DNA from: an uncultured delta proteobacterium
GTDB lineage: Bacteria > Desulfobacterota > Desulfobaccia > Desulfobaccales > 0-14-0-80-60-11
Length of the DNA stretch: 64,000 nt
Direction of reading: 5' to 3'
NCBI GenBank assembly: GCA_963697965.1
Contig: OY969108.1
Location: 246,467-310,466 of the forward strand
Both the position numbers and the translations under genes were made by a program. This document shows, in pieces, positions 33,914-43,418 of the stretch (positions within the stretch are counted from its first letter, which is position 1; the number at the start of each line of letters is the position of its first letter). The notes under the pieces are model-generated. The model saw only the letters and a program-made list of their open reading frames with translations. It made no database searches and was not told where the DNA came from.

Positions 33914-34052
33914 TCTCCCGGGGCGCCTCAACGAGAACCCGCTCTGGGGTTTCTCGTGCAAGCCCCGAGAGGGATGGGCGTATCGAAGTTTCGTCATTTT
34001 TTCCTTGACACTAATTTTGTGAATGTTTTAACATTCTCTTGTTTATGCAAGG

Positions 34053-34559
34053 ATGCCCATGAAACTGCTTCTTCTGCTGTCGGAAAGAAAAGTTAGCCTC
34101 ACGGAGCGGTGGCAGCAACGGCTTTTTGAGAGCTATCCTGCTGAAACCGCTACCTTTCTTAAAAAAGAGAAGGATCGTTTCGGCAACCCGGTGGGGCAGC
34201 GCCTCTCCCAGGGTCTCCGGGAGCTGGTGCAGGCGTTCCTGGCGGAGATGGACCGGGACCAGGTCCTGGCCGGTCTCGACGAAATCCTGAGGATCAGGGC
34301 CATCCAGGACTTCACCCCATCCCAGGCCCTGGCCTTCATTTTCCTGTTGAAGAACGTCATTCGCGAGGAACTGGCCCCGGAGCTGAAGAGCGGCCAATAT
34401 TCCCAGGAACTTCAGGAGCTGGAGGCCCGCATCGACGGCCTGGCCCTGCTGGGTTTTGACGTTTACACCCAGCGCCGGGAGCTGCTCAACCAGGTCCGGG
34501 TCGATGAGATCAGGGGCCGGGTCAGCGGCCTGCTGCGCCGCACCGGATTGTCCTTATGA
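34053..34559 (+). CDS. hypothetical protein, RsbRD N-terminal-domain-like, upstream of dsrM
   Basis: 168-aa helical protein (ERWQQRLFESYPAETATFLKKEKDRFGNPVG...). Assignment is from memory of similar genes next to dsr operons. Confidence 0.5.
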   Translation: MPMKLLLLLSERKVSLTERWQQRLFESYPAETATFLKKEKDRFGNPVGQRLSQGLRELVQAFLAEMDRDQVLAGLDEILRIRAIQDFTPSQALAFIFLLKNVIREELAPELKSGQYSQELQELEARIDGLALLGFDVYTQRRELLNQVRVDEIRGRVSGLLRRTGLSL

Positions 34560-34609
34560 TCAGAGGCGGGAAGCAAAACCACTGGCAGACAGAGACGAGG
34601 TGAGGGTAT

Positions 34610-35647
34610 ATGGATTTTTTTAAACGACATTTCACGGTGGCTCTGGCGGCCGTCCTGGGGCTCGTGCTGGTGGCCTACCTCGGGGTCTCGGCCAAGTTAC
34701 AGCTTATCTTCGGGGTGGTGGCGCCGTATCTGGCCGTCCTCATTTTCGTGGAAGGGTTTATCTATCGCCTCCTCCAGTGGTCCAGGTCGCCAGTGCCTTT
34801 CCAGATTCCCACCACCGGCGGCCAGCAGGAATCCCTGCCCTGGATCGAAAGAAACCTGGGCGACAAACTGGACAACCCCTACACCACCAAGCACGTGATC
34901 GGCCGGATGGCCTTGGAAGTTCTGGCCTTTCGCAGCCTTTTCCGGAACCTGCGCAGCGAATTGCGCCAGGACCCGGAAAACCCCGGGGGGGCCCGCTTGA
35001 TTCACTGGTCCTACAAATGGCTGTGGCTGGGAGCCATCGCCTTCCATTACGCCTTCCTGGTCGTGGTGCTGCGGCACCTGCGCTTTTTCACCGAGCCGGT
35101 GCCGGGCTTCATCCAACTGCTGGACAAAGTGGACGGCTTCTTCCAGTTCTTCACCCCGGTCTTCTACCTCAGCGGCGCGGTGCTGGTGGTGGCGGTCGCC
35201 TATCTGCTGGCCCGCCGCCTCACCAATCCCATGCTGCGCTATATTTCCCTGGTGCCCGATTATTTTCCCCTATTGATGATCCTGGCCATCGGCATCTCCG
35301 GGATCCTCATGCGCTACGTCTATAAGGTGGACGTGGTGGCCATCAAGCAGCTGACCCTGGGTCTGGTGACCCTGCACCCCACAGTGCCGGCGGGCATCGG
35401 CCCCATCTTTTTCGTCCATATCTTTCTGGTGAGCGTGTTCATCGCCTACTTCCCCTTCAGCAAACTGATGCACGCCCCCGGGGTCTTCCTGAGCCCTTCC
35501 AGAAATATGGCCACCAACACCCGGGCGGTGCGGCACGTCAATCCCTGGAATTACCCGGTGAAGTTCCATCATTATGACGAATACGAAGATAGATTTCGGG
35601 AAGCCATGGTAGAGGCCGATATCCCGGTGGAAAAGGAGTTGGAGTAA
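34610..35647 (+). CDS. dsrM: DsrM, NarI/HdrE-like membrane heme-b subunit of the DsrMKJOP complex
   Basis: 345-aa polytopic membrane protein with conserved His residues, directly followed by dsrKJOP. Confidence 0.8.
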   Translation: MDFFKRHFTVALAAVLGLVLVAYLGVSAKLQLIFGVVAPYLAVLIFVEGFIYRLLQWSRSPVPFQIPTTGGQQESLPWIERNLGDKLDNPYTTKHVIGRMALEVLAFRSLFRNLRSELRQDPENPGGARLIHWSYKWLWLGAIAFHYAFLVVVLRHLRFFTEPVPGFIQLLDKVDGFFQFFTPVFYLSGAVLVVAVAYLLARRLTNPMLRYISLVPDYFPLLMILAIGISGILMRYVYKVDVVAIKQLTLGLVTLHPTVPAGIGPIFFVHIFLVSVFIAYFPFSKLMHAPGVFLSPSRNMATNTRAVRHVNPWNYPVKFHHYDEYEDRFREAMVEADIPVEKELE

Positions 35648-35648
35648 C

Positions 35649-37299
35649 ATGGCCAAAGCTAAGAGCACGGTTCCAAAACCGGAAGAAATCCTACCCGGGA
35701 TAAGCTATAAGACCCCCGCCAAGGGCTGGATGGACGTCAAGCCGGAATTCAAGCCGGGAACCTATTGCAATCCCGCCAACCCCAAGTGGGCGGAATGGAT
35801 CGAATATCCGTTCCGGCGCAACTGGTCGGTAACCGAGGAGGACTGGCACCTGCCCGCCGATTGGAAGGAGATCATCCTCCAGGGCATGGAAGACCGCCTC
35901 AACCGGTTCCGTTCCCTGAAGCTCTTCTTCGACATTTGCGTTCGCTGCGGCGCCTGCGCCGACAAGTGCCACTTCTTCCTGGGCACCGGGGACCCCAAGA
36001 ATATGCCGGTGCTCCGGGCCGAGCTGATGCGCTCTGTTTACAAGCGCTATTTCAAACCGGCGGGCAAAATCCTGGGGGAGCTGGTGGGGGCCCGGGACCT
36101 CACGGAAGAGGTGATCAAGGAGTGGTTCTACTATCTCTACCAGTGCACCGAATGCCGGCGCTGCTCCCTGTTTTGCCCCTACGGGATCGACATGGCCGAA
36201 ATGACCATCCTGGGCCGGGAACTGTTGAGCCTCCATCGGGGTAAACATCGAGTGGACCATGGCCTCGGTGGCCCAGTGCTATGACAAAGGCAGCCACATC
36301 GGCGCCACCCCCCAGGCGATGAAGGACATGATCGACTTCTTCGCCGAGGAAAATGAGAGGGTCACCGGAATCGCCACCCCGATCACTTACAATCGTAAGG
36401 GTGCTGAGATCCTCTTCGTGGCGCCCTCGGGGGACTACTTCGCCGACCCGGGCACCTACACCTTCATGGGGTACATGCTGCTCTTCACTTACCTGGGCCT
36501 GGATTGGACCCTGAGCACCTATGCGGGTGAAGGCGGCAACTTCGGCTTCTTCATGTCCCACGAAATGGGCAAGCGCCTCAACGCCAAGATCTACCACGAA
36601 GCCAAGCGCCTGGGGGTGAAATATATCATCGGCGGCGAATGCGGCCACATGTGGCGCATCGTCAACCAGTATATGGACACCATGAACGGGCCGGCGGATT
36701 TCCTGGAGGTGCCCAAATCGCCCATCACCGGCACGGTGTTCAAAAACGCCGCCAGCACCAAGATGATTCACATCTCGGAGTTCACCGCCGACCTGATCCG
36801 GCATAACAAGTTGCAGTTTGACACCCAGCGCAACGCCCATATCAAGCTGACTTTTCACGACTCCTGCAACACCAGCCGGGGCATGGGGATCTTCGAGGAA
36901 CCCCGCTACATTATCAGGAATGTCCTGCCCGAAGGGCATTTCTTCGAGATGCCCCCCAACACCATCCGGGAGAAGACCTTTTGCTGCGGCAGCGGCAGCG
37001 GCTTCAACGCCGACGAATATCTGGAGACCAGGCTGCGGGGCGGGCTGCCCCGGGCCAACGCCGTCCGCTACGTGGCCGATAAATACGGAGTGAACCATCT
37101 GGGCTGCATCTGCGCCATCGACCGGGCGGTGTTTCCCGCCCTGATGAATTACTGGGTCCCGGAGATGGAGGTCACCGGCATCAGCGAAATGGTGGGCAAC
37201 GCCCTGGTATTTCCCGAAGAGATAGAGCGCACCACCGACCTGCGGGATCGAGACCTGGTAGGCGTTGGTTCGCCTGAGGAAGGGGAGGAAGCGGACTAG
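35649..37299 (+). pseudogene. dsrK: DsrK (HdrD-like Fe-S/CCG-domain subunit), split by one extra base near 36231-36234 (true frameshift or base-call error)
   Basis: The 5-prime ORF carries CVRCGACADKC and CTECRRCSLFCP. The 3-prime ORF (frame +1) carries the CCG-type motif (FCCGSGSG). The frames join as ...ILGRELLSL/IGVNIEWTMASVAQCYDKG. Confidence 0.85.
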
Positions 37300-37301
37300 C
37301 C

Positions 37302-37784
37302 ATGGCAGATAAATACCAAAACGAATTCGGTGGCTTTGCCGAAAAGCCCAAGGTTCCCAAGAAGTTTTATGACCTCAAATACATCCTCTTGGGCCTGGTC
37401 ATCTTCTTCGGTCTGGTTTTCTCTCCCATCTTGCCCAACCTGGGGAAGATCGTGGCGGCGCCGTCACCCAACCTGGACACCCCGGCCATCCTCAAGCTGG
37501 CGAAGAAGGACCGGCAGTGCGTCATGCCCACCCCCTACATGCGGACCTACCATATGCAGCTGCTGATCGATTGGCGGGAAGCGGCGATCCGCCATGGCAA
37601 CCGGGAATTCATCTCGCCTACGGGCAAGAAGTTCGTCGCCAACCTTTCCGACACCTGCATGGGATGTCACTCCAATAAAAGCAAATTTTGCGATCAATGC
37701 CACAACTTTGCCGCGGTAACCCCCAACTGCTGGGGTTGCCATCTGGATAAGGAGCAGAAGGTGGCGAAGGGGGGGGCGAAGTGA
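37302..37784 (+). CDS. dsrJ: DsrJ, periplasmic triheme cytochrome c
   Basis: Three CXXCH motifs (CMGCH, CDQCH, CWGCH) and an N-terminal membrane anchor. Confidence 0.85.
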   Translation: MADKYQNEFGGFAEKPKVPKKFYDLKYILLGLVIFFGLVFSPILPNLGKIVAAPSPNLDTPAILKLAKKDRQCVMPTPYMRTYHMQLLIDWREAAIRHGNREFISPTGKKFVANLSDTCMGCHSNKSKFCDQCHNFAAVTPNCWGCHLDKEQKVAKGGAK

Positions 37785-38596
37785 TGGGTATGGACAGAAG
37801 GGATTTTATCAAGCTGGCCGGTCTCTCCACCTTACTGGGGCTGGGGTCCAATTCCGCCTTGGAACTGCTGCGGCCCGGTCAGGCAGCCGCCGCCCTGGAG
37901 GGGGAGGCGAAACCCCTGACCGCCAAGAGATGGGCCATGGTAGTCAACATGCGCCAGTTGGATGGAGAGACTGCCCAGAAATGCATTGCGGCCTGCAACC
38001 GGGTCCACAACGTCCCAGATTTCGGCAATCCCATCGCTCCGGCCATGAAACTCAGCGCCGCGGATAAGGCCCGCTGGGAGATCAAGTGGATCTGGACCGC
38101 TCCTTATGAGAACACCTTTCCCGGGGACACCCAGGAGTATGTGGACGAAAAGGTCAAGGACCTCAAGTTCCTGTTGCTTTGCAACCATTGCGACAATCCC
38201 CCCTGCGTGCGGGTCTGCCCCACCAAGGCCACCTTCCGCCAGGAGGACGGCATCGTCATGATGGATATGCACCGCTGCATCGGCTGCCGCTTCTGCATGG
38301 CCGCCTGTCCCTTCGGCGCCCGGAGCTTCAACTGGAAAGACCCTCGGCCTTACATCAAGGAAGTTAATCCCGATTACCCCACCCGGGAAATCGGGGTGGT
38401 GGAAAAGTGCCTCTTCTGCTCCGAACGGCTGGCGATCGGGCTGATGCCCGCCTGCGTGGTAGCTTCCCAGGGGGCCCTGGCCTTCGGCGATCTCAGGGAT
38501 CCCAAGTCCAAGGTGCGGGAACTGCTGGACGCCAATTTTACCATCCGGCGCAAGCCCTTCCTCGGCACTAACCCTCAGGTTTACTATATCGTGTGA
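37784..38596 (+). CDS. dsrO: DsrO, periplasmic 4Fe-4S ferredoxin-like subunit
   Basis: Tat signal MDRRDFIKLAG and multiple Cys clusters (CNHCDNPPCVRVCP, CIGCRFCMAACP, CLFC). TGATG overlap with dsrJ. Confidence 0.85.
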   Translation: MGMDRRDFIKLAGLSTLLGLGSNSALELLRPGQAAAALEGEAKPLTAKRWAMVVNMRQLDGETAQKCIAACNRVHNVPDFGNPIAPAMKLSAADKARWEIKWIWTAPYENTFPGDTQEYVDEKVKDLKFLLLCNHCDNPPCVRVCPTKATFRQEDGIVMMDMHRCIGCRFCMAACPFGARSFNWKDPRPYIKEVNPDYPTREIGVVEKCLFCSERLAIGLMPACVVASQGALAFGDLRDPKSKVRELLDANFTIRRKPFLGTNPQVYYIV

Positions 38597-38603
38597 GGTA
38601 GCC

Positions 38604-39761
38604 ATGCTGGAAAATGCCTTTACCGGAACCAAGCGATATTATGGATTGATAGCCATTTTGTCGGGCCTCTTCGCTCTGGGATTCCTCTTCTATCTAAAAC
38701 AGCTCTCCACCGGGTTGGGGATCACCGGCATGGGCCGGGACGTCTCCTGGGGCCTTTACATCGCCCAATTTACCTACCTGGTCGGAGTGGCGGCCTCCGC
38801 GGTCATGGTGGTTCTCCCTTACTACCTACATGACTACAAGGCCTTCGGCCGGGTCACCATCCTGGGGGAATTCCTGGCGGTGGCTGCGGTAACCATGTGC
38901 GTCACCTTCGTGCTGGTGGACATGGGGCGGCCGGACCGGGTGCTCAACGTCTTCAAGTACCCCACTCCCGGTTCGGTCATGTTTTGGGATATCCTCGTCT
39001 TGAACGGCTATCTCCTGCTCAATATCCTCATCGGCTGGAACGTGCTCGAATGCGAACGCCATGACGTGCCGCCTCCCCACTGGGTCAAGACCCTCATCTA
39101 TATATCCATTCCCTGGGCGGTCAGCATCCACACGGTAACCGCCTTTCTTTACGCAGGCCTGCCTGGCCGGAGCTACTGGCTCACCGCGCTCATGGCCCCC
39201 CGCTTCCTGGCCTCGGCCTTTGCCGCGGGCCCTTCCCTGCTGGTGCTTCTCTGCCTGCTGGTGCGTAAATACACCAAATTCGACCCGGGGCGGGAGCAGA
39301 TCCAAAGCCTGGCGAAAATCATCACCTACGCCACCCTGATCAACGTCTTTTTCTTTTTCTGCGAAATTTTCACGGTGTTTTACAGCCAGATCCCGGAAGA
39401 AATGATCCACTTCAAGTACCTGTTTTGGGGGGTGGACGGTTTCGGCCGGCTGGTGCCCCTCATGTGGTTCTCCATCGTCGGCATGACGCTCGCCGGCCTG
39501 CTCCTGGTCAATCCGAATAATCGCCGTAATGAAAACACCCTGGCGGCCCTGTGCGGCCTGGTGATCATCACCACCTGGATCGACAAAGGACTGGGGTTGA
39601 TGACCGGCGGCTTCGTGCCCAATCCCCTGGATAAGATCACCGAATACTGGCCCACCCTGCCCGAGGCCCTGATCGCCCTGGGGGTTTGGGCCCTGGGTTT
39701 CCTGGTTCTCACCCTCCTCTACAAGGTGGCGGTTTCCATTAAGGAGGAGGTGCGGGCCTAG
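38604..39761 (+). CDS. dsrP: DsrP, NrfD/PsrC-like integral membrane subunit
   Basis: 385 aa with about 10 TM helices; last gene of dsrMKJOP. Confidence 0.8.
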   Translation: MLENAFTGTKRYYGLIAILSGLFALGFLFYLKQLSTGLGITGMGRDVSWGLYIAQFTYLVGVAASAVMVVLPYYLHDYKAFGRVTILGEFLAVAAVTMCVTFVLVDMGRPDRVLNVFKYPTPGSVMFWDILVLNGYLLLNILIGWNVLECERHDVPPPHWVKTLIYISIPWAVSIHTVTAFLYAGLPGRSYWLTALMAPRFLASAFAAGPSLLVLLCLLVRKYTKFDPGREQIQSLAKIITYATLINVFFFFCEIFTVFYSQIPEEMIHFKYLFWGVDGFGRLVPLMWFSIVGMTLAGLLLVNPNNRRNENTLAALCGLVIITTWIDKGLGLMTGGFVPNPLDKITEYWPTLPEALIALGVWALGFLVLTLLYKVAVSIKEEVRA

Positions 39762-39971
39762 GCGGGACGGGCTCACCTGGCGCCCGCTTTCATAAATCCC
39801 TTAACGTGCTTATTGACGACAGCGAGCCAGTGATTATTTTTATCTTTATGTAAGCGCGCTGGCTGAGGAATCACCCAATTTCGCAAGTGAGGTGTCCGCA
39901 CCTTACCAAAAACGTCGCCTTTCGGATCGACGTTTGATATCCGCAAAGAATCCTAAAGGGAGGTAAGTTTA

Positions 39972-40160
39972 ATGGCCTGGCAGGTGGAAGTCGATCACGA
40001 AAAGTGCACCGGGGACGAAGAGTGTGTCAATGTTTGTCCGGTGGGCGTCTTTGAAATGCAGGAAGGCAAGGCAGTTCCCGTCAATGAAGAGGAATGCCTG
40101 GGCTGCGAGAGTTGCGTCGAGGTCTGCCCTTCCAGCGCAATTACCGTAACCGAATTGTAA
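39972..40160 (+). CDS. 2x[4Fe-4S] ferredoxin
   Basis: 62 aa; CTGDEECVNVCP and CLGCESCVEVCP. Strong RBS GGGAGG. Confidence 0.85.
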   Translation: MAWQVEVDHEKCTGDEECVNVCPVGVFEMQEGKAVPVNEEECLGCESCVEVCPSSAITVTEL

Positions 40161-40180
40161 ATTTCGGTTCATCCTTCGCT

Positions 40181-40215
40181 AAAAACGCCGGCCTGCAAAC
40201 CAGGCCGGCGTTTTT
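40181..40215. terminator. bidirectional rho-independent terminator
   Basis: AAAAACGCCGGCCTG caaac CAGGCCGGCGTTTTT between the convergent ferredoxin and usp genes. Confidence 0.8.
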
Positions 40216-40238
40216 GCTATTGTCTGCCGCCCTCTCTT

Positions 40239-40706
40239 CTAAGCCTTGAAGGGATTAACCAGGTGGACCGGCGCCCGGGAGGTGGCCAGCACCTTTTTGG
40301 CCACGCTGCCGAAATCGCTGCTCCTCTGGTCCAGGTCACCATGGCCGCGGCCATGGGTGGTGAGCACCACCAGGTCCGCCTTTTCTTTCTTGACGGACTT
40401 GAGGATCTCGCCGGCCGCCTCACCCCGCACCAGGCGCATCTCGATCTTGGGGCAGGCCTTCAACTCCGTTTCGCAGACTTGCTCCAGTTGTTTTTTGGCG
40501 TGTTTCAATTCCCAATCCTGAAAAAGCTTCACGTGCTCCGGGCTGGGATAGTTGCCATATGCGGGAAAAAGGGCCATTAAATCGACCCCCACATAGAGGA
40601 GGATGACCTTGGCTTGATACTTTTCCGCCAGCGATTCCACGTGCTTGGCGGCTTTGATCGAATTTTTGGAAAGATCGGTAGGCCAGAGAATGGTACGCAC
40701 TTCCAT
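40239..40706 (-). CDS. universal stress protein (UspA family)
   Basis: 155 aa; ILWPTDLS..., ADLVVLTTHGRG, GSVAKKVL motifs. Confidence 0.8.
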   Translation of the reverse strand: MEVRTILWPTDLSKNSIKAAKHVESLAEKYQAKVILLYVGVDLMALFPAYGNYPSPEHVKLFQDWELKHAKKQLEQVCETELKACPKIEMRLVRGEAAGEILKSVKKEKADLVVLTTHGRGHGDLDQRSSDFGSVAKKVLATSRAPVHLVNPFKA

Positions 40707-40962
40707 AAAAAAACCTCCTGTCCGCGAGGTAGATGTTAAGGCGAATCACAAGCTGGAGGCCTGCGCCGCTGGTTCAATGAGCAATGAAAACGTTACCGGC
40801 AAGCTAAAAATATGGCCGCCGGGCCGGATGTCAAGGCCCCTCTGACGGTCTGGCAAGGTCTGCCGCCGGGGGTCTTTCAATATTTTGGGGACGGAGTAAC
40901 TTTTTGGCATCCTGCCATTCTATTTTGATTACTTCAAGGCATTTCGTATCCGCATTTCTTAC

Positions 40963-41682
40963 TCACCACTTTTCGCCACTGGCTATCTTTCTTAAAACGG
41001 CGGGGTCGGTAATAGTTATCCTGCCCTTCTCCACTTCGATGACCCCTTGACTCTTCATTCGGGACAGAGTTCTGGACAAGGTTTCGCCAATCGTGCCCAG
41101 ATAGGCAGCCAGATGGGTCTTGGTGGTGGGTAATTCGAAGGCCTGCCCTTTCTCAATCGTGCCGTGACTTTCCTGGCAGCGCTCCAAAAGGTAGTGGGCC
41201 AGGCGGGCCGAAACTTCTTTTAAGGAAAGATCTTCCAGTTGCCGGGTCAAGTGGAGCATCAAGCGGCTCAAGGTGGCCAACATATTCCGGGCCAGCGTGG
41301 GTGAGGCCGCCAGATGCCGCAAGAATTGGGCCTTGGGGAAAAAGAGGGTTTGACAATCCTCCAGGGCCATGGCGGTGGCTGGGTAGGAGGCGTCGCTGAA
41401 GACCGCGGCCTCGGCGAAGGTCTCTCCGGGCCCCACCAGCCTGATGATATATTCCTTGCCATCCGGAGAGCTCTTCACCAGTTTGACAGAGCCGCGGCTG
41501 AGGAGGTAGAACCCCTGGGCCTCCCGGCCCTCCTGGAAGATGGTGGCCTGGCGGGGGAAGGCCTTGCTCACCGCCAGGTGCGCCAGGGTCTCCAGGTCCG
41601 CATCCGGCACTCCGGAGAAGAGATAGACGTCTTTAAGGAATTTCTTTTTTTGCCCGGTTGCCCCTGGGCCCGTATCCGTCAC
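40963..41682 (-). CDS. Crp/Fnr family transcriptional regulator
   Basis: cNMP-binding domain (FQEGREAQGFYLLSRGSVKL) plus a C-terminal HTH (THLAAYLGTIGETLSRTLSRM). Confidence 0.85.
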   Translation of the reverse strand: MTDTGPGATGQKKKFLKDVYLFSGVPDADLETLAHLAVSKAFPRQATIFQEGREAQGFYLLSRGSVKLVKSSPDGKEYIIRLVGPGETFAEAAVFSDASYPATAMALEDCQTLFFPKAQFLRHLAASPTLARNMLATLSRLMLHLTRQLEDLSLKEVSARLAHYLLERCQESHGTIEKGQAFELPTTKTHLAAYLGTIGETLSRTLSRMKSQGVIEVEKGRITITDPAVLRKIASGEKW

Positions 41683-41784
41683 TGCACCCTCCTCTCGCCC
41701 CCTCAGAGGTTATCTAAACCTTGCCTGATTATTCTAAATAAATCAAGCTGCTGGCCGTCGGGGCCGGCCGGCCGCGGATTACTG

Positions 41785-41813
41785 TTGACGCCTTGAGGCT
41801 CCCTTGGTAGATT
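41785..41813 (+). promoter_or_regulatory. sigma70-type promoter of the liv operon
   Basis: TTGACG (41785-41790), 17-nt spacer, TAGATT (41808-41813). Implies a 5-prime UTR of about 190 nt. Confidence 0.5.
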
Positions 41814-42007
41814 TGAGACCTCTGTAAAAAACATCTGGAATTGCCGCCCTCAGCTTGAGGTGGCGCCAGGACCCCTGCTCTCTCCAACCTCAGGGGCCGC
41901 ACGAAAATTGGGGATAAATTTCAGGTTTTTACAGAGGGTTCGCTTTTTCTTTGTTCCGGGGTGCCGGAGCCCCGGAAAACCGCCACCCCCACGAACAGGA
42001 GGGCATC

Positions 42008-43156
42008 ATGAGCCGCTATTCATGGCCGTTAATTATTATCCTTGGCCTGGTGCTCTGCCTGGCCGCCGGCTGCGGCCGCGGCCCGGACAACGAAATCCGC
42101 CTGGGGGTCAATGCTGAACTCACCGGCAGCAAACCCACGGTGGGCGATGGCTGCAAAAAGGCGATGGAACTCCTGGTCGAGCAGGTCAACCAGCAGGGGG
42201 GCCTTACGGTGGGAGACAAAAAATACCCCATCCGGCTGTTCGTGGAAGACAACGAAGACAAGGCCGAGACGTCCGCGGCCGTAGCCCAGAAGCTCATCAG
42301 CGAGGACAATGTCCTGGCCATCATCGGGCCCAACACCTCGGGCAACGCCATCCCCGCGGCCAGCATCTGCGAACAAGCGGGAGTGGTCATGATCAGCCCC
42401 TGGTCCACCAACCCCAAGACCACCGAAGGCAAGAAGTTCATCTTCCGGGCCTGCTTCATTGACGATTTTCAGGGCCAGGTGATGGCCAAGTTCGCCCGGG
42501 AGACCCTCAAGGCCCAAACCGCCGCAGTGCTCTACGATGTGGCTTCGGAATACAACAAGGGCATTGCCGAATTCTTCAAGAAGGATTTTGAGGCCGCAGG
42601 CGGCAAGGTGGTGGCCTTCGAATCCTACACCAAGGACGACAAGGATTTCTCCTCCCAGCTCACCCTCATCAAGGCTGCCAATCCCGGGGTCCTGTTCCTG
42701 CCCAACTATTACAATGAAGTCCCCTTGCAGGTGCAGCAGGCCCGGCGCCTGGGGATCACCTGCCCCTTCATCGGCTCCGACTCCTGGGGCAGCCAGGAAA
42801 TCCTGGCTCTGTGCGGACGGGATTTGGACGACTCCTGCTTCAGCACCCATTATGCCCCGGATATTGCTACGGAAACCGCCCAGAAATTCATCCGGGCCTA
42901 TGAAGCCAAATACGGCAAAAAACCCGATGACGTGTCCGCCCTCACCTACGACGCCGGGGGCTTGCTGTTGACCGCCATCACCAAGGCGGGGGTCCTGGAT
43001 CGCCAGAAGGTGCGGGACGCACTGGCCAGTGTGCAGCGATACGAAGGGGTAACCGGCATCATGCAATTCCATGGCACCGGCGACCCCATCAAGAGCGCCA
43101 TAATCATCCACGTGAAGGATGGCAAGTTCAATTATTTTTCCACCGTGCAGCCATAA
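42008..43156 (+). CDS. livK: branched-chain amino acid ABC transporter substrate-binding lipoprotein
   Basis: Lipobox LCLAAGCG after ATG 42008 (RBS AGGAGGG). Type I periplasmic binding fold; the longest ORF starts at 41951. Confidence 0.85.
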   Translation: MSRYSWPLIIILGLVLCLAAGCGRGPDNEIRLGVNAELTGSKPTVGDGCKKAMELLVEQVNQQGGLTVGDKKYPIRLFVEDNEDKAETSAAVAQKLISEDNVLAIIGPNTSGNAIPAASICEQAGVVMISPWSTNPKTTEGKKFIFRACFIDDFQGQVMAKFARETLKAQTAAVLYDVASEYNKGIAEFFKKDFEAAGGKVVAFESYTKDDKDFSSQLTLIKAANPGVLFLPNYYNEVPLQVQQARRLGITCPFIGSDSWGSQEILALCGRDLDDSCFSTHYAPDIATETAQKFIRAYEAKYGKKPDDVSALTYDAGGLLLTAITKAGVLDRQKVRDALASVQRYEGVTGIMQFHGTGDPIKSAIIIHVKDGKFNYFSTVQP

Positions 43157-43183
43157 AGGCAGTTTTCGGTTTTCGGTTTTCGG
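43153..43183 (+). repeat. ATAAAGGCAG(TTTTCGG)3 element on the livK stop codon
   Basis: 31-nt string identical to 51328-51358. Confidence 0.9.
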
Positions 43184-43418
43184 CAACCGCCGGGGGTCTC
43201 AGGAGGTCACAGGGACTTCGCCGGGGCTCTAGCCAGCAAAGATTCAATGGTCTCTTTTATAAATTCGATAACTAATCATAAATATGCTGAACCGGCTACT
43301 CCTCCCCCTCGCCCTAGAGGGGGGAGGAGGCTTGTGGAAACCTGCCTCTCCCACAAAATCAGGGCGTTTCTCAAACTCTCTCCTTGGCCATAAACCCGGG
43401 CCCGGTAATTAAAGACCC

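Noticed and set aside
40925-40945. FNR/CRP-type box TTGATTACTTCAAG downstream of the crp/fnr gene
   Set aside because: The right half-site is out of register with TTGAT-N4-ATCAA. The site lies about 230 nt from the usp start, and there is only a single occurrence.
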